Positions 36,180 to 45,452 of a DNA stretch of 64,000 bases are shown piece by piece. The number at the start of each line of letters is the position of its first letter. Within the stretch, counting starts at the first letter, position 1. The notes under the pieces are model-generated. The model was not told where the DNA came from and ran no database searches. It was given only the letters and a program-made list of their open reading frames with translations. Position numbers and translations under genes: made by a program. The stretch is from NCBI GenBank assembly GCA_002412715.1, contig DHVP01000004.1, positions 8,707 to 72,706 on the forward strand. The letters run 5' to 3'. This stretch comes from Deltaproteobacteria bacterium UBA5205. GTDB lineage: Bacteria > Desulfobacterota > Syntrophorhabdia > Syntrophorhabdales > Syntrophorhabdaceae.

Positions 36180-36207
36180 TTGACTTAAGTGATTGATTAA
36201 GTAAAAT
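36180..36207 (+). promoter_or_regulatory. Candidate sigma70-type promoter of the polysaccharide locus
   Basis: TTGACT (36180-36185), a 16-nt spacer, then TAAAAT (36202-36207). This implies a leader of about 375 nt. Confidence 0.35.
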
Positions 36208-36503
36208 ATCAAACATAGATGTAATGTATTCGAAAACATTACATAAAATGTGGTCGGAGCAACGAAGGTTTCCGGTCCTTAGCACCTGTTCATGTTGGGC
36301 ACGACGCAACTCCGATATGAACAACGACAACGGGGCAGTTATCAAGTGTTTAGCTAACCCTGTTCACCATGATCATTGATAAAGCCGCCCCAGTATTTAA
36401 TGCACGGGTTACTCACCGACCCTGTGCCAGGCATTAAAGCAATTTGCTAGTGAAGGCATCATGAAAACTGAGCCCCATTCCATGGCGCCAAATTCCCGCC
36501 GCT

Positions 36504-36515
36504 GGCGGTAGCCTG
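36504..36515 (+). promoter_or_regulatory. ops-like element GGCGGTAGCCTG in the operon leader
   Basis: Exact 8-nt ops core GGCGGTAG followed by nnTG, on the non-template strand 75 nt upstream of the first gene. It is preceded by CCGCC-gct-GGCGG self-complementarity. Confidence 0.4.
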
Positions 36516-36589
36516 TTTCAAATTTCTCATGAGAACTTGTCCAGACGAACCATACGCTTTGATGTGAAAGCCTCATATAAGGAGCCCTT

Positions 36590-37939
36590 ATGCCTCAGAG
36601 CCTTATAAAAAAGATCACCGGCCGATCGGCTAGAATAGGTGTCATCGGTCTTGGGTATGTTGGTCTGCCTCTGGTAATCGAATTCTTCAAGAGCGGTTTC
36701 GATGTCACCGGGTTCGATGTTGACGCGAGGAAGGTAAAGGCTCTGGACAGGGGAGAGAGGTATATAAAGCACGTCGACATCTCGCCGCTTATAGTGGGTC
36801 GGTCGGAAAAGGCGTTTACAGGAAAAGAGAGAAAGCAGCAGTCCAATCCGAAGAGCGGTTCCTTCAGACCAACCACCGATTTCACATGCCTGGAAGAAAT
36901 GAACTGCATCGTCATTTGCGTACCCACGCCCTTAACTAAATATCGCGAGCCCGACCTTTCCTACGTCCTGGAGACAACTAAGACTATTGCCCGGTATCTG
37001 CGTAAAGGCCAACTCATCGTCCTGGAGTCTACCACTTATCCCGGCACCACCGACGAAGATATGCGGACGGTATTGGAGAAAACTGGTCTCAAGGCAGGCA
37101 GGGATTTCTTCCTGGCCTTTTCCCCTGAACGCGAAGACCCTAATAACAGGGAGTACCGGACGGGTACGATCCCCAAGGTCGTCGGAGGATATACTAAAAA
37201 ATGTCTCGCCGCCGCGGTGGCGCTTTACGATACTATCGTGCTGAAAACAGTTCCTGTCTCTTCAACACGGGTCGCAGAGGCGACAAAGCTTATCGAGAAT
37301 ATATACCGCAGTGTAAACATAGCCCTGGTCAACGAACTGAAGGTTCTCTTTGACAGGATGGGAATAGACATCTGGGAAGCTATAGATGCAGCAAAAACAA
37401 AGCCATTCGGCTTCCAGGCCTTCTATCCCGGCCCCGGCCTCGGCGGCCATTGTATACCTATAGATCCCTTTTACCTCACCTGGAAGGCAAGGGAGTACGG
37501 CTTTTCGACTCGTTTCATAGAACTTGCCGGTGAGATCAATACATCCATGCCCGACTATGTGGTATCGAAGGTGGTTAAGGCATTGAACGATGTAAGGAAG
37601 CACGTGAAGGACTCTAGAATACTCATGCTCGGGCTCTCCTACAAGGCAAACATAGATGATGACAGGGAATCCCCCGCCTACCGTTTGATGGAAAAGCTGG
37701 AAGAAATGGGCGCAAAGGTTTCATACAACGACCCCTACATACCGGTAATAAAGCCAACTCGTGAATTCTCAAAATTAGCCGGCAGAAAATCCGTAGAGAT
37801 CACCGATGATTACGACCTTTTGCTCATTACTACAGCACACGATGAGTATTCGGGAACCGATTTCACCTCTTTCGGTGTTCCCGTGGTAGATACGAGAGAT
37901 GTCATTAAAAAGAAAAGCAGGCTTGTTTATAGGGCGTAG
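36590..37939 (+). CDS. Nucleotide-sugar 6-dehydrogenase (UDP-glucose/GDP-mannose dehydrogenase family; UDP-GlcNAc/ManNAc dehydrogenase-like)
   Basis: Rossmann RIGVIGLGYVGLPL and catalytic Cys context GPGLGGHCIPIDP. The C-terminal domain follows. AAGGAG RBS. Confidence 0.85.
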   Translation: MPQSLIKKITGRSARIGVIGLGYVGLPLVIEFFKSGFDVTGFDVDARKVKALDRGERYIKHVDISPLIVGRSEKAFTGKERKQQSNPKSGSFRPTTDFTCLEEMNCIVICVPTPLTKYREPDLSYVLETTKTIARYLRKGQLIVLESTTYPGTTDEDMRTVLEKTGLKAGRDFFLAFSPEREDPNNREYRTGTIPKVVGGYTKKCLAAAVALYDTIVLKTVPVSSTRVAEATKLIENIYRSVNIALVNELKVLFDRMGIDIWEAIDAAKTKPFGFQAFYPGPGLGGHCIPIDPFYLTWKAREYGFSTRFIELAGEINTSMPDYVVSKVVKALNDVRKHVKDSRILMLGLSYKANIDDDRESPAYRLMEKLEEMGAKVSYNDPYIPVIKPTREFSKLAGRKSVEITDDYDLLLITTAHDEYSGTDFTSFGVPVVDTRDVIKKKSRLVYRA

Positions 37940-39848
37940 GGAAAACAAGACCGTACTTACGTCTGCCAGCCACGAACTATACGATAAAATAGTGTTTTTA
38001 CGAAAGCCCTCAAACACCGCATGCTTGTGTAAAACCGTTTTCTTAACCGTAATGTTTTGCTTTGTGAACCTAAACAATGTTGTTGCGGCGAACATTCTTG
38101 ATGAACTTGGAGCAACATTGGTGGCAAGTTTCGATAAGGCAATCGTCGTTGATAGACCAAAAGCACTACAGTTTGAAAAACATGGTGGTGAGATCATACT
38201 GGACGGTATTTCAGGCGGAGCTTTACAATTAAGAAAGGGTGAGTATTTCGCATTTGACGCAAAGACAGTTATTAAGTCGGATGAAGGGACGATAGCGTTC
38301 TGGGTCAGACCTCACTGGAGTTTTTATGACAAGAGAAATATTTTGATATCCCATACGTTCGCTTCTCTTACATGGTCTGATAATAGAAATGGTTATTTCG
38401 TGGTATCGGATGGTTGGTGGGAGCCAGATGGAGCATTCAATACATATTTCGTAAAAAACAACCAGGAATATGCACATACGGCAACCAGGATTCTCTACAG
38501 AAAGGGCAATTGGATACACCTTGCATGTACTTGGAGCATAAACGGTACGGGGTTGGTAAAGCTTTATGCTGACGGTGTTTTAGCGGCTCAGAGCAAGGTG
38601 TCTGTCGGGCCATCAGTTGCACCAAGAAAATTGTACCTGGGTTCCGATAAAGGCACCCCCATCAGTAAGGATCGATGGGCAGACAGTGACATCGATGAAG
38701 TTGTAGTTTTTGAGAGAGCTCTCAACGAGAAAGAGATTTTAAGTGTGATAAAGGTTCAGAACCCGAATTCTTTTGTTGAGAGGCATATTCGTTGTGAAAA
38801 GATTTTATCGCAACCTTATTCTCCTAAACGAGACAAAGACGGAACAATTTTGGAAACGAGAGCAATATTCGATGAGGGAACAGGTTGGACATCAAAAAAA
38901 GGTGCGGATAGAGTAATTAAAAACATCAAGAAAGCAGGCTTTAACGTCTACGTTCCTTGTGTTTGGCACGGCTCTGGTACCAGATATCCATCGGCGGCCT
39001 TTCCAGCAGAAAAAGGAAGTCATTTTCAAGAAGCGGATCCTCTGGAATATCTAATAGCTAAAGCGCACGCGAGTGGTATCCAGGTACATCCCTGGTTCAC
39101 TGTCTCGTTGCGGGATCGTGAATTTCTTACAAGTTATTATGGGCCAGGAACCCCATCAGGGGCTTTTGACTTACATAGACCTGAATTTCAACGATTCATT
39201 GTTGATCTTATTGCAGATGTCGTGAGACGGTATAAGGTCGATGGTATCAATCTCGACTATGTCCGGACAATGGGGATATGCAGGTGCAGTTATTGTGTTT
39301 CGGAGTATCAAAAACGGTACAAAAGAAACATGTTTGAAGACCTTCAGCGAAAGGGGCCCAGGGGAGGGCTTGAGCCACACATCCAGGAATGGCAGGATCA
39401 GACAGTTGAAACTATAGTTCGGGGAATATCAAAAGCTGTGAAAAAGATCAAGCCGGATCTTGTCCTGAGTGTCGATGGACATCCGATTCCAGATTTTCTA
39501 CCGCCCAATGTGGAAGGCCGACAGGAAATTAGGTGGGCAAATGCAGGTTTAATCGATGTCATTTTTAGTATGGACTATACACGGGAACCGGATTTTGAAA
39601 AGCACGAGCTCGTTCGCAACGAACTTAAGGAGCCGGCAAAAGCGATTATGCTACTTGGGAACTACGATAAGACTTTAATTGGCAAGGTAATACCCAGAAA
39701 AGCAGCAATGTTAACAGGTTTTACTTCCTATGTTCAAAGAAGATGGCCGGGCGGTGTGGGCATATATCTTTATTCCCAACTAAGTGAAGCACAGATTGGC
39801 GCATTTGCTTCTGGTCCGTTCAATCAAATTGCCAAACCAGAGTGGTGA
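37899..39848 (+). CDS. Secreted LamG/concanavalin-like lectin domain fused to a glycoside-hydrolase-like (GHL10/YngK-type) TIM-barrel domain
   Basis: N-terminal LamG-like GTIAFWVRP..WIHLACTW..LYADG..LYLGSD..DEVVVFERAL. C-terminal GHL10-like GFNVYVPCVWHGSG..GIQVHPWF..DGINLDYVR. The real start may be the TTG near 38025, which gives signal peptide MCKTVFLTVMFCFV. Confidence 0.65.
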   Translation: MSLKRKAGLFIGRRENKTVLTSASHELYDKIVFLRKPSNTACLCKTVFLTVMFCFVNLNNVVAANILDELGATLVASFDKAIVVDRPKALQFEKHGGEIILDGISGGALQLRKGEYFAFDAKTVIKSDEGTIAFWVRPHWSFYDKRNILISHTFASLTWSDNRNGYFVVSDGWWEPDGAFNTYFVKNNQEYAHTATRILYRKGNWIHLACTWSINGTGLVKLYADGVLAAQSKVSVGPSVAPRKLYLGSDKGTPISKDRWADSDIDEVVVFERALNEKEILSVIKVQNPNSFVERHIRCEKILSQPYSPKRDKDGTILETRAIFDEGTGWTSKKGADRVIKNIKKAGFNVYVPCVWHGSGTRYPSAAFPAEKGSHFQEADPLEYLIAKAHASGIQVHPWFTVSLRDREFLTSYYGPGTPSGAFDLHRPEFQRFIVDLIADVVRRYKVDGINLDYVRTMGICRCSYCVSEYQKRYKRNMFEDLQRKGPRGGLEPHIQEWQDQTVETIVRGISKAVKKIKPDLVLSVDGHPIPDFLPPNVEGRQEIRWANAGLIDVIFSMDYTREPDFEKHELVRNELKEPAKAIMLLGNYDKTLIGKVIPRKAAMLTGFTSYVQRRWPGGVGIYLYSQLSEAQIGAFASGPFNQIAKPEW

Positions 39849-39933
39849 TTTCAATAATATGTCTAGCCCGCACTAGTCAAGAAAACCTTTACCCTAATCT
39901 TGCTTGTAATCTGAATACACTAAAGGTAATAGC

Positions 39934-41280
39934 TTGAATACACTGATCATTCTAAGTCTTTTTTTCGTTACAATGCCCATCTTTTTATTATGGAGAAGGG
40001 AGTTCTTGGTCTTTTTTACACTGTTTATTGCATCACAGGTTCTGGGATTAATCCATGAATACAGTTTTGGTTTCGCGGGCTACTTTGATATAAATTCAAC
40101 TTTGTTTATCATGTTCCACTTTGCGGTGCTGATGTCGTTTCGACACATCGGCGAATTGAAAAAATCTCTATTTGCGAAGCATTTTATTGTCTTACTACCG
40201 TTGTATGTTTATGCGCTTATTTATCCTTGGGTCACCGGGTTGTCGTCATTATTATACTGCGTGAAGGCATCAAAAGAATTTGCGATGTATTTCTGCTATT
40301 TTGCGGTCTTTCTTTTCATAAGGACAGAAAGACAGGTAAATATGAGTTGGGTTTTTATTGGGTGTTTAGCAGTTTACTATTCTCTTCTTGAAGTTTTGGG
40401 TGGTTTATTTCATGGATATCTATTTTCATTCCTTCAATACAGCTATCAGAGGGAACGAATAAACTTTCCCAAAATCTATCTGCCTATATTCACCATCATG
40501 GTTGCAATGTTTTTTAATAGATTACACAAATTGTTGTTCCGGTTGAGATCCGTAAAAAATGTTCTAGTTCTTTCAATCTACAGTCTGGGCGTTCTGCTAA
40601 CATTTTTCAGAGCGTACATATTAGCAAGTGTCTTTACTGTGCCATTACTTCTTTTCTTGAAAGGAAATTCAAGGAAGGCCGTAATCGCTACCACGGCAAT
40701 CGCTTTAATAATCCCACTTTCCCTTCTTGTGCTTGTCCCTTTAACTTCAAAGAGCTATGAAGAAATATTTGACTCTTTCATAGGCTCTGGTATCACAGAG
40801 CTTTATCATTATGAAGGGGGTTCATTACGAGGCAGAGATGCAGTTTCAGCAGGTCGCCTAGAACTGGTGAAACAAAAATTGTGGACTGGCTGGGGGTTTG
40901 TTGCTTGGGACTCTGAAATAGGTAAGAAGATAAGGCCAAAACTCGGTTACGATGGAAGAACTATAAAGGGGGGAACCGAGCTTGGTTTTATTGACAAGGG
41001 CTATTTGGATGTTGCTGCAAAGTTCGGGATTATAGGATCCATATTACTGTACGGTTCATTCGTCACTGCACTATTCAAACTCATTAAAGTACTACGAGCC
41101 TCAAATAGTATTGATTTTAACCCAAGGGCGTTTGCCTGTGCGGCCTTAATTATTGTGTTTCTCTGTGTTCAGTTTACCCATGCGCCCCTAACAAGACAGT
41201 TTGGGATTATTCCACTGTCAATAGTGATGGCCTTGGTTGATCGCCAATATGTCTTATTAAGCGGAACACTTAATAGTTAG
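39934..41280 (+). CDS. O-antigen polymerase/ligase family (Wzy-like) membrane protein
   Basis: About 11 hydrophobic helices, with a large periplasmic loop containing RGRDAVSAGRLELVKQKLWTGWGF. AT-rich with rare codon usage, typical of wzy. Confidence 0.6.
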   Translation: MNTLIILSLFFVTMPIFLLWRREFLVFFTLFIASQVLGLIHEYSFGFAGYFDINSTLFIMFHFAVLMSFRHIGELKKSLFAKHFIVLLPLYVYALIYPWVTGLSSLLYCVKASKEFAMYFCYFAVFLFIRTERQVNMSWVFIGCLAVYYSLLEVLGGLFHGYLFSFLQYSYQRERINFPKIYLPIFTIMVAMFFNRLHKLLFRLRSVKNVLVLSIYSLGVLLTFFRAYILASVFTVPLLLFLKGNSRKAVIATTAIALIIPLSLLVLVPLTSKSYEEIFDSFIGSGITELYHYEGGSLRGRDAVSAGRLELVKQKLWTGWGFVAWDSEIGKKIRPKLGYDGRTIKGGTELGFIDKGYLDVAAKFGIIGSILLYGSFVTALFKLIKVLRASNSIDFNPRAFACAALIIVFLCVQFTHAPLTRQFGIIPLSIVMALVDRQYVLLSGTLNS

Positions 41281-41593
41281 TAGACTGCTATAATGATGGC
41301 CTTAAACAACTGGACTATCTTACATATGATATCAGGACTGTTCCGTTATGAAGGGATGCCGAAAAGATACTAGAGGTGACGGATGCGCTTAAGGCAGAAC
41401 AGAAGGATTAGTAGATCTAATGACTCGCAATACCAGGCCGCAACTCGTGAAGCAGATTATTAACGATCGCTCGGAGACGCGAACAAAAGTATAAAGGGGC
41501 AGAATGCGGGCTATCCGGGTTTTTGCGACGTGAACGCTTTCGGAAGACATGGACAAGATAGTACCCGTTGACCTATAAGGAAAATTACCTTTC

Positions 41594-42682
41594 ATGTCTA
41601 GAGTAGTCTGCTTGATAACAAATATCCCGGCTCCTTACAGGATACCAGTATTTGATCGGCTTTATTCCAAGCTAAGGGAGCAAAATATCGATCTAATCGT
41701 TCTGTACCTTTCGAGGACAGAACCCAACAGACTATGGAAACTGCCCGATATATGGCACAAGCATGAAATATTGCCCGGGAGAGTTATTTCTGTTGGTGGC
41801 GTCTATTTTCATTGGAATCCGTCGCTCATCAAGCAGCTGAATCTTTTGAAGCCAATCGCTGTCATAACATGCGGCTTTGATTTCGCAATGATGCAGGGTT
41901 TTTTGTGGTCGGTCTTGAAAAGGGTTCCCCACATATCTTTCAGTGATGGCACATTGGACTCGGAGAGCAATATCGGTTTCTTTCGACGTTTGACGAGAAA
42001 AATCGTGATCAAGAATAGCCATTCCCTCGTAGGAGCAAGTCTCAAGACTTTATCGTTATTTCAACATTATGGAGCGGCACGGAAAGATTGTTTTCAGAGT
42101 TGTTTGTGTGTCGATAATAGCGTTTATATAGACCGTACGCAAAAGAAAGCTTTTGATTTGCTTTATGTCGCCCGGATTGTTCGCGGAAAAATGCCTGAGC
42201 TAATAATCGAAATCATGGAAGCTTTAGGAGGAGATTATTCTTTAGAAATAGTCGGGGATGGAAACCTCCGGGGATGGTTTATAGATACTCTCGCACAAAA
42301 AAAGGTGAAGTATAATTATGACGGATTTGTACAGCCCGAATTTATTCCAAGGTTCTATCAGTCATCCTCGCTACTTTTGTTTCCCACACGATCTGACTCG
42401 TGGGGTGTCGTTGCAAATGAAGCTTGCGCCGCCGGTGTTCCTGTTCTTACAACTGAATCAGCCGGTGTTGCGGGTGAGTTAATTGTGCATGGAGAGAATG
42501 GTTTTGTCCTTCCGCCTCTGGCCCATGTATGGGCAGACCATATTCGCCTGTTATTGAGTGATCAAAAACTTTATCAACAGATGTCACGAAACGCGTTTAA
42601 TAGTGTACAGTCATACAATTATGAGAGCGCTTCTTCGGGATTATTGCAAGCGGTACTTAATACAGTCAATGGGTCTTGTTAG
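41594..42682 (+). CDS. Glycosyltransferase family 4 (GT-B)
   Basis: C-terminal GT1/GT4 core with LLLFPTRSDSWGVVANEACAAGVPVLTTESAG..ELIVHGENGFV (E-x7-E region). Confidence 0.8.
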   Translation: MSRVVCLITNIPAPYRIPVFDRLYSKLREQNIDLIVLYLSRTEPNRLWKLPDIWHKHEILPGRVISVGGVYFHWNPSLIKQLNLLKPIAVITCGFDFAMMQGFLWSVLKRVPHISFSDGTLDSESNIGFFRRLTRKIVIKNSHSLVGASLKTLSLFQHYGAARKDCFQSCLCVDNSVYIDRTQKKAFDLLYVARIVRGKMPELIIEIMEALGGDYSLEIVGDGNLRGWFIDTLAQKKVKYNYDGFVQPEFIPRFYQSSSLLLFPTRSDSWGVVANEACAAGVPVLTTESAGVAGELIVHGENGFVLPPLAHVWADHIRLLLSDQKLYQQMSRNAFNSVQSYNYESASSGLLQAVLNTVNGSC

Positions 42683-42714
42683 TTCGATTCCGAATCTACC
42701 CGAAGGCAAAATTA

Positions 42715-44028
42715 ATGAATGATATGAAGGCGGATTCATATAGTATTGACCAAAAGATCAGAAAGAGTAATATCATTGGGTTCTCTCGTACTGCGTTGGC
42801 AATTCCTGTTTACTTTATACTCACTCCATTTGTTATTAATGCAATTGGAAAAGAGTTTTACGGTCTTTGGTCGCTAAACACCGTAATTTGGACAATTTTA
42901 TCCTTAGGAGATTTCGGATTTCAGAACAGTCTCGTCCATTTCACCGCAATGCATCTGGATGATAATCCAAGACTATGTACCCTGTTTAACACCGTTTTCT
43001 TTTTCTTCTTAACTATCTCCATTATATTTGTTCTATCTATTCTGATCTTTAATGACTTCATAGTTTACACTCTACTAAAAATTAGTCCGGAGTACTATCG
43101 AGAAGCTACTTTTGTTGTCGTATCCTCTGCCATTGGATTTGGGATCAGGTTCATGGCTGCCCCCTACCAAGCTATCATCGAAGGGAATCAACGAGTGTAT
43201 TACTCACAAAAGGTATCTTTGTACTGGCTGCTTTTTAATGCGTTGGCAACTCTCATCGGTCTCTATATCTTTCCCTCGATCTACTTAATAGGTGTCATCA
43301 ATATCGTTGGCAACATACTTATCCTGGGCCTTTTTCTCGCCGATGCTCAGAGAAATTACATCTATGCGACAATAAGCCCAAAGCTGTTTAAGCTATCAAC
43401 TCTTAAATACATTTTTCCTTACAGTGCAGGGGTTCAGCTGGCATCTGCTCTTATTATACTCCGTGAGCCGTTGTTAAAGACCATTATTGTCAGGAAATAT
43501 GGCCTTGATGGCTTGGCCTCATTTGAAGTTGTATACAGGTTGACGATACAATGCATGTCATTTGTTACTGTACCACTTCTTACAGCTTTGCCTGTAGCTT
43601 CCAGCTTGCATGATCGATTACCGGCGCTTCACAGAATTGTAAAAAAATATCTGACGTGGGTAGTAGGTATCTTGATTATCCCAAGCATCATTGTCTGGTT
43701 CTTTTCAGGTCCCTTTATTAGCCTCTGGCTTGGTGAAGGTTTCGACGTTGCCTCATCAATGCTGCCTTGGATCTTCACTTCATTTGCAATATATTATCTT
43801 ACTGAACCTTTGTACAAGTCAATACAGGGTATCGGAAAGTCCGCCCTGAGTGTGCTTTCGCAAGGATTATTTTTGGGATCACTGATCATCTTCTGGTTGC
43901 TAATGCCTCAACTATGGGGAATTCAGTCTATCTCATACGCGTTTTTCATAGCCAGTCTTGCTTTTTCTCTCTGCAATGTTTCTATGTACAGGCGAAGTGT
44001 ATCGAGCTTTCGGGTACCCACGACTTAG
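42715..44028 (+). CDS. Polysaccharide flippase (Wzx / MOP superfamily)
   Basis: 12-14 hydrophobic helices and polysaccharide-biosynthesis-protein-like organisation. Start taken at MNDMKADSYS; the ORF track start is 42676. Confidence 0.7.
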   Translation: MNDMKADSYSIDQKIRKSNIIGFSRTALAIPVYFILTPFVINAIGKEFYGLWSLNTVIWTILSLGDFGFQNSLVHFTAMHLDDNPRLCTLFNTVFFFFLTISIIFVLSILIFNDFIVYTLLKISPEYYREATFVVVSSAIGFGIRFMAAPYQAIIEGNQRVYYSQKVSLYWLLFNALATLIGLYIFPSIYLIGVINIVGNILILGLFLADAQRNYIYATISPKLFKLSTLKYIFPYSAGVQLASALIILREPLLKTIIVRKYGLDGLASFEVVYRLTIQCMSFVTVPLLTALPVASSLHDRLPALHRIVKKYLTWVVGILIIPSIIVWFFSGPFISLWLGEGFDVASSMLPWIFTSFAIYYLTEPLYKSIQGIGKSALSVLSQGLFLGSLIIFWLLMPQLWGIQSISYAFFIASLAFSLCNVSMYRRSVSSFRVPTT

Positions 44029-44148
44029 ATGGTTAGCTGAAGCCGAACCTATCTGGGATATTCCTTCTCTGGCCAAATAACATAACTTTGTAGTGTCACA
44101 ACCGTTCGATCTGATATATTTTTCCATTCATGTTGTAAAGACTAGGGG

Positions 44149-45246
44149 TTGGTGTTCGCGGTGAACGTTCTTTATTTACTTCCTTCAGCCAATATCTACG
44201 GTGGAACACCACAGAAAACACTTGATTTGGTCAAAGGCTCTCGCAACCGGTCTATTGTGTACTTTTGGTCCGATGCTTATAGCGATAAGCACATACTTTT
44301 CAGACAAGCAGGGGCGGGAATTTATTCTGGGGCTTATGGGAGAAACGTATTTCGTCACGTTCGTTTCATAGTCGATCTTATAGATATGTACTCGATCGAT
44401 CTCATTCAGACACAGTTTTCCTTTGGTGAGGTTCTTGGATACTTTGCCAAATTGATGAGACCCAGAGTTAAGTTAATTGTTACTTTTGAGGGTAGTCTAA
44501 AACCATCTTTATTGAGGAGATTGATTTTAAAGTGGATATATCATCATGTTGACAACTTTATCTATATTTCGGAATATGTAAAAAAAGAGAAACTCGTTTC
44601 ATTTCCCATGTTGGAGAGTTTGCCTGGCAGAGTTATATACAATGGAAGTAATCTATTGGCACAATCAGTGCGATGTTCTGCACCCTCTTCGCCCTATAAG
44701 ATTCTTGATGTTGCCGGCCTGACTCCAATAAAGAATATCTCGACCTTGATTCGTGCGGTAGGCATTATGGTGCACGACATGGACAAACGGAATGTTGAGC
44801 TGATCGTAGCAGGTGAAGGACCCGAGCGCGGAAATCTGGAGCGTCTGATCTTTGACCTGCACCTTGCAAGGAATGTACATCTAATCGGGTATAGAGACGA
44901 TATCGGTGATTTGCTGTGTCAATGTGCTGTTTTTGCACATCCTTCCGTGGCAGAAGGCTTTGGTATTGCAGTGACCGAGGCAATGATGACCGGACTGCCT
45001 GTTGTCGCAGCTGATGCGGGCGCATTGCCAGAATTAATTATCGACGGTGAATCGGGCTTGCTCGTTAATCCCCTTGATGCTGAAAAATGGGCGGAGGTAA
45101 TAAGCAAACTAATGAAAGATCCAGTGCTGGCCAAACAAATTGCAGATAATGGGAGAATCAGGGCCTTAAATCTGTTTTCCACAGAACGATTTGTCTCGAA
45201 CTATGAAAATATGTATGAGATGGTGGTCAATCGGCAGCGTATTTAA
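44149..45246 (+). CDS. Glycosyltransferase family 4
   Basis: NVLYLLPSANIYGG N-terminus and C-terminal VFAHPSVAEGFGIAVTEAMMTGLPVVAADAGALPELIIDGESGLLV. The start codon (TTG 44149 or GTG 44161) is uncertain. Confidence 0.85.
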   Translation: MVFAVNVLYLLPSANIYGGTPQKTLDLVKGSRNRSIVYFWSDAYSDKHILFRQAGAGIYSGAYGRNVFRHVRFIVDLIDMYSIDLIQTQFSFGEVLGYFAKLMRPRVKLIVTFEGSLKPSLLRRLILKWIYHHVDNFIYISEYVKKEKLVSFPMLESLPGRVIYNGSNLLAQSVRCSAPSSPYKILDVAGLTPIKNISTLIRAVGIMVHDMDKRNVELIVAGEGPERGNLERLIFDLHLARNVHLIGYRDDIGDLLCQCAVFAHPSVAEGFGIAVTEAMMTGLPVVAADAGALPELIIDGESGLLVNPLDAEKWAEVISKLMKDPVLAKQIADNGRIRALNLFSTERFVSNYENMYEMVVNRQRI

Positions 45247-45452
45247 GAACAGTTTATTTACACGCCGAGTGGGTAACGCTTGATATGCTATCCGCTGTTT
45301 GAAGGAACCCTCGATCTAGAACAGCCGCGGACAGAAAAACAGATGGATCTACGAATGTTTCAAAAGGCGAGACATCGGATTGATTCTGAAGTTACGGAAA
45401 AACGGAAACCTTTTTTTGAGTACAAGACGATTTCGATCATATCTACAGCATA

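Noticed and set aside
36103-36772. Small minus-strand ORFs (36103-36345 and 36527-36772) in the polysaccharide-locus leader
   Set aside because: They have no RBS and no recognisable motifs, and one overlaps the start of the well-supported dehydrogenase gene. The region is better explained as a non-coding leader.
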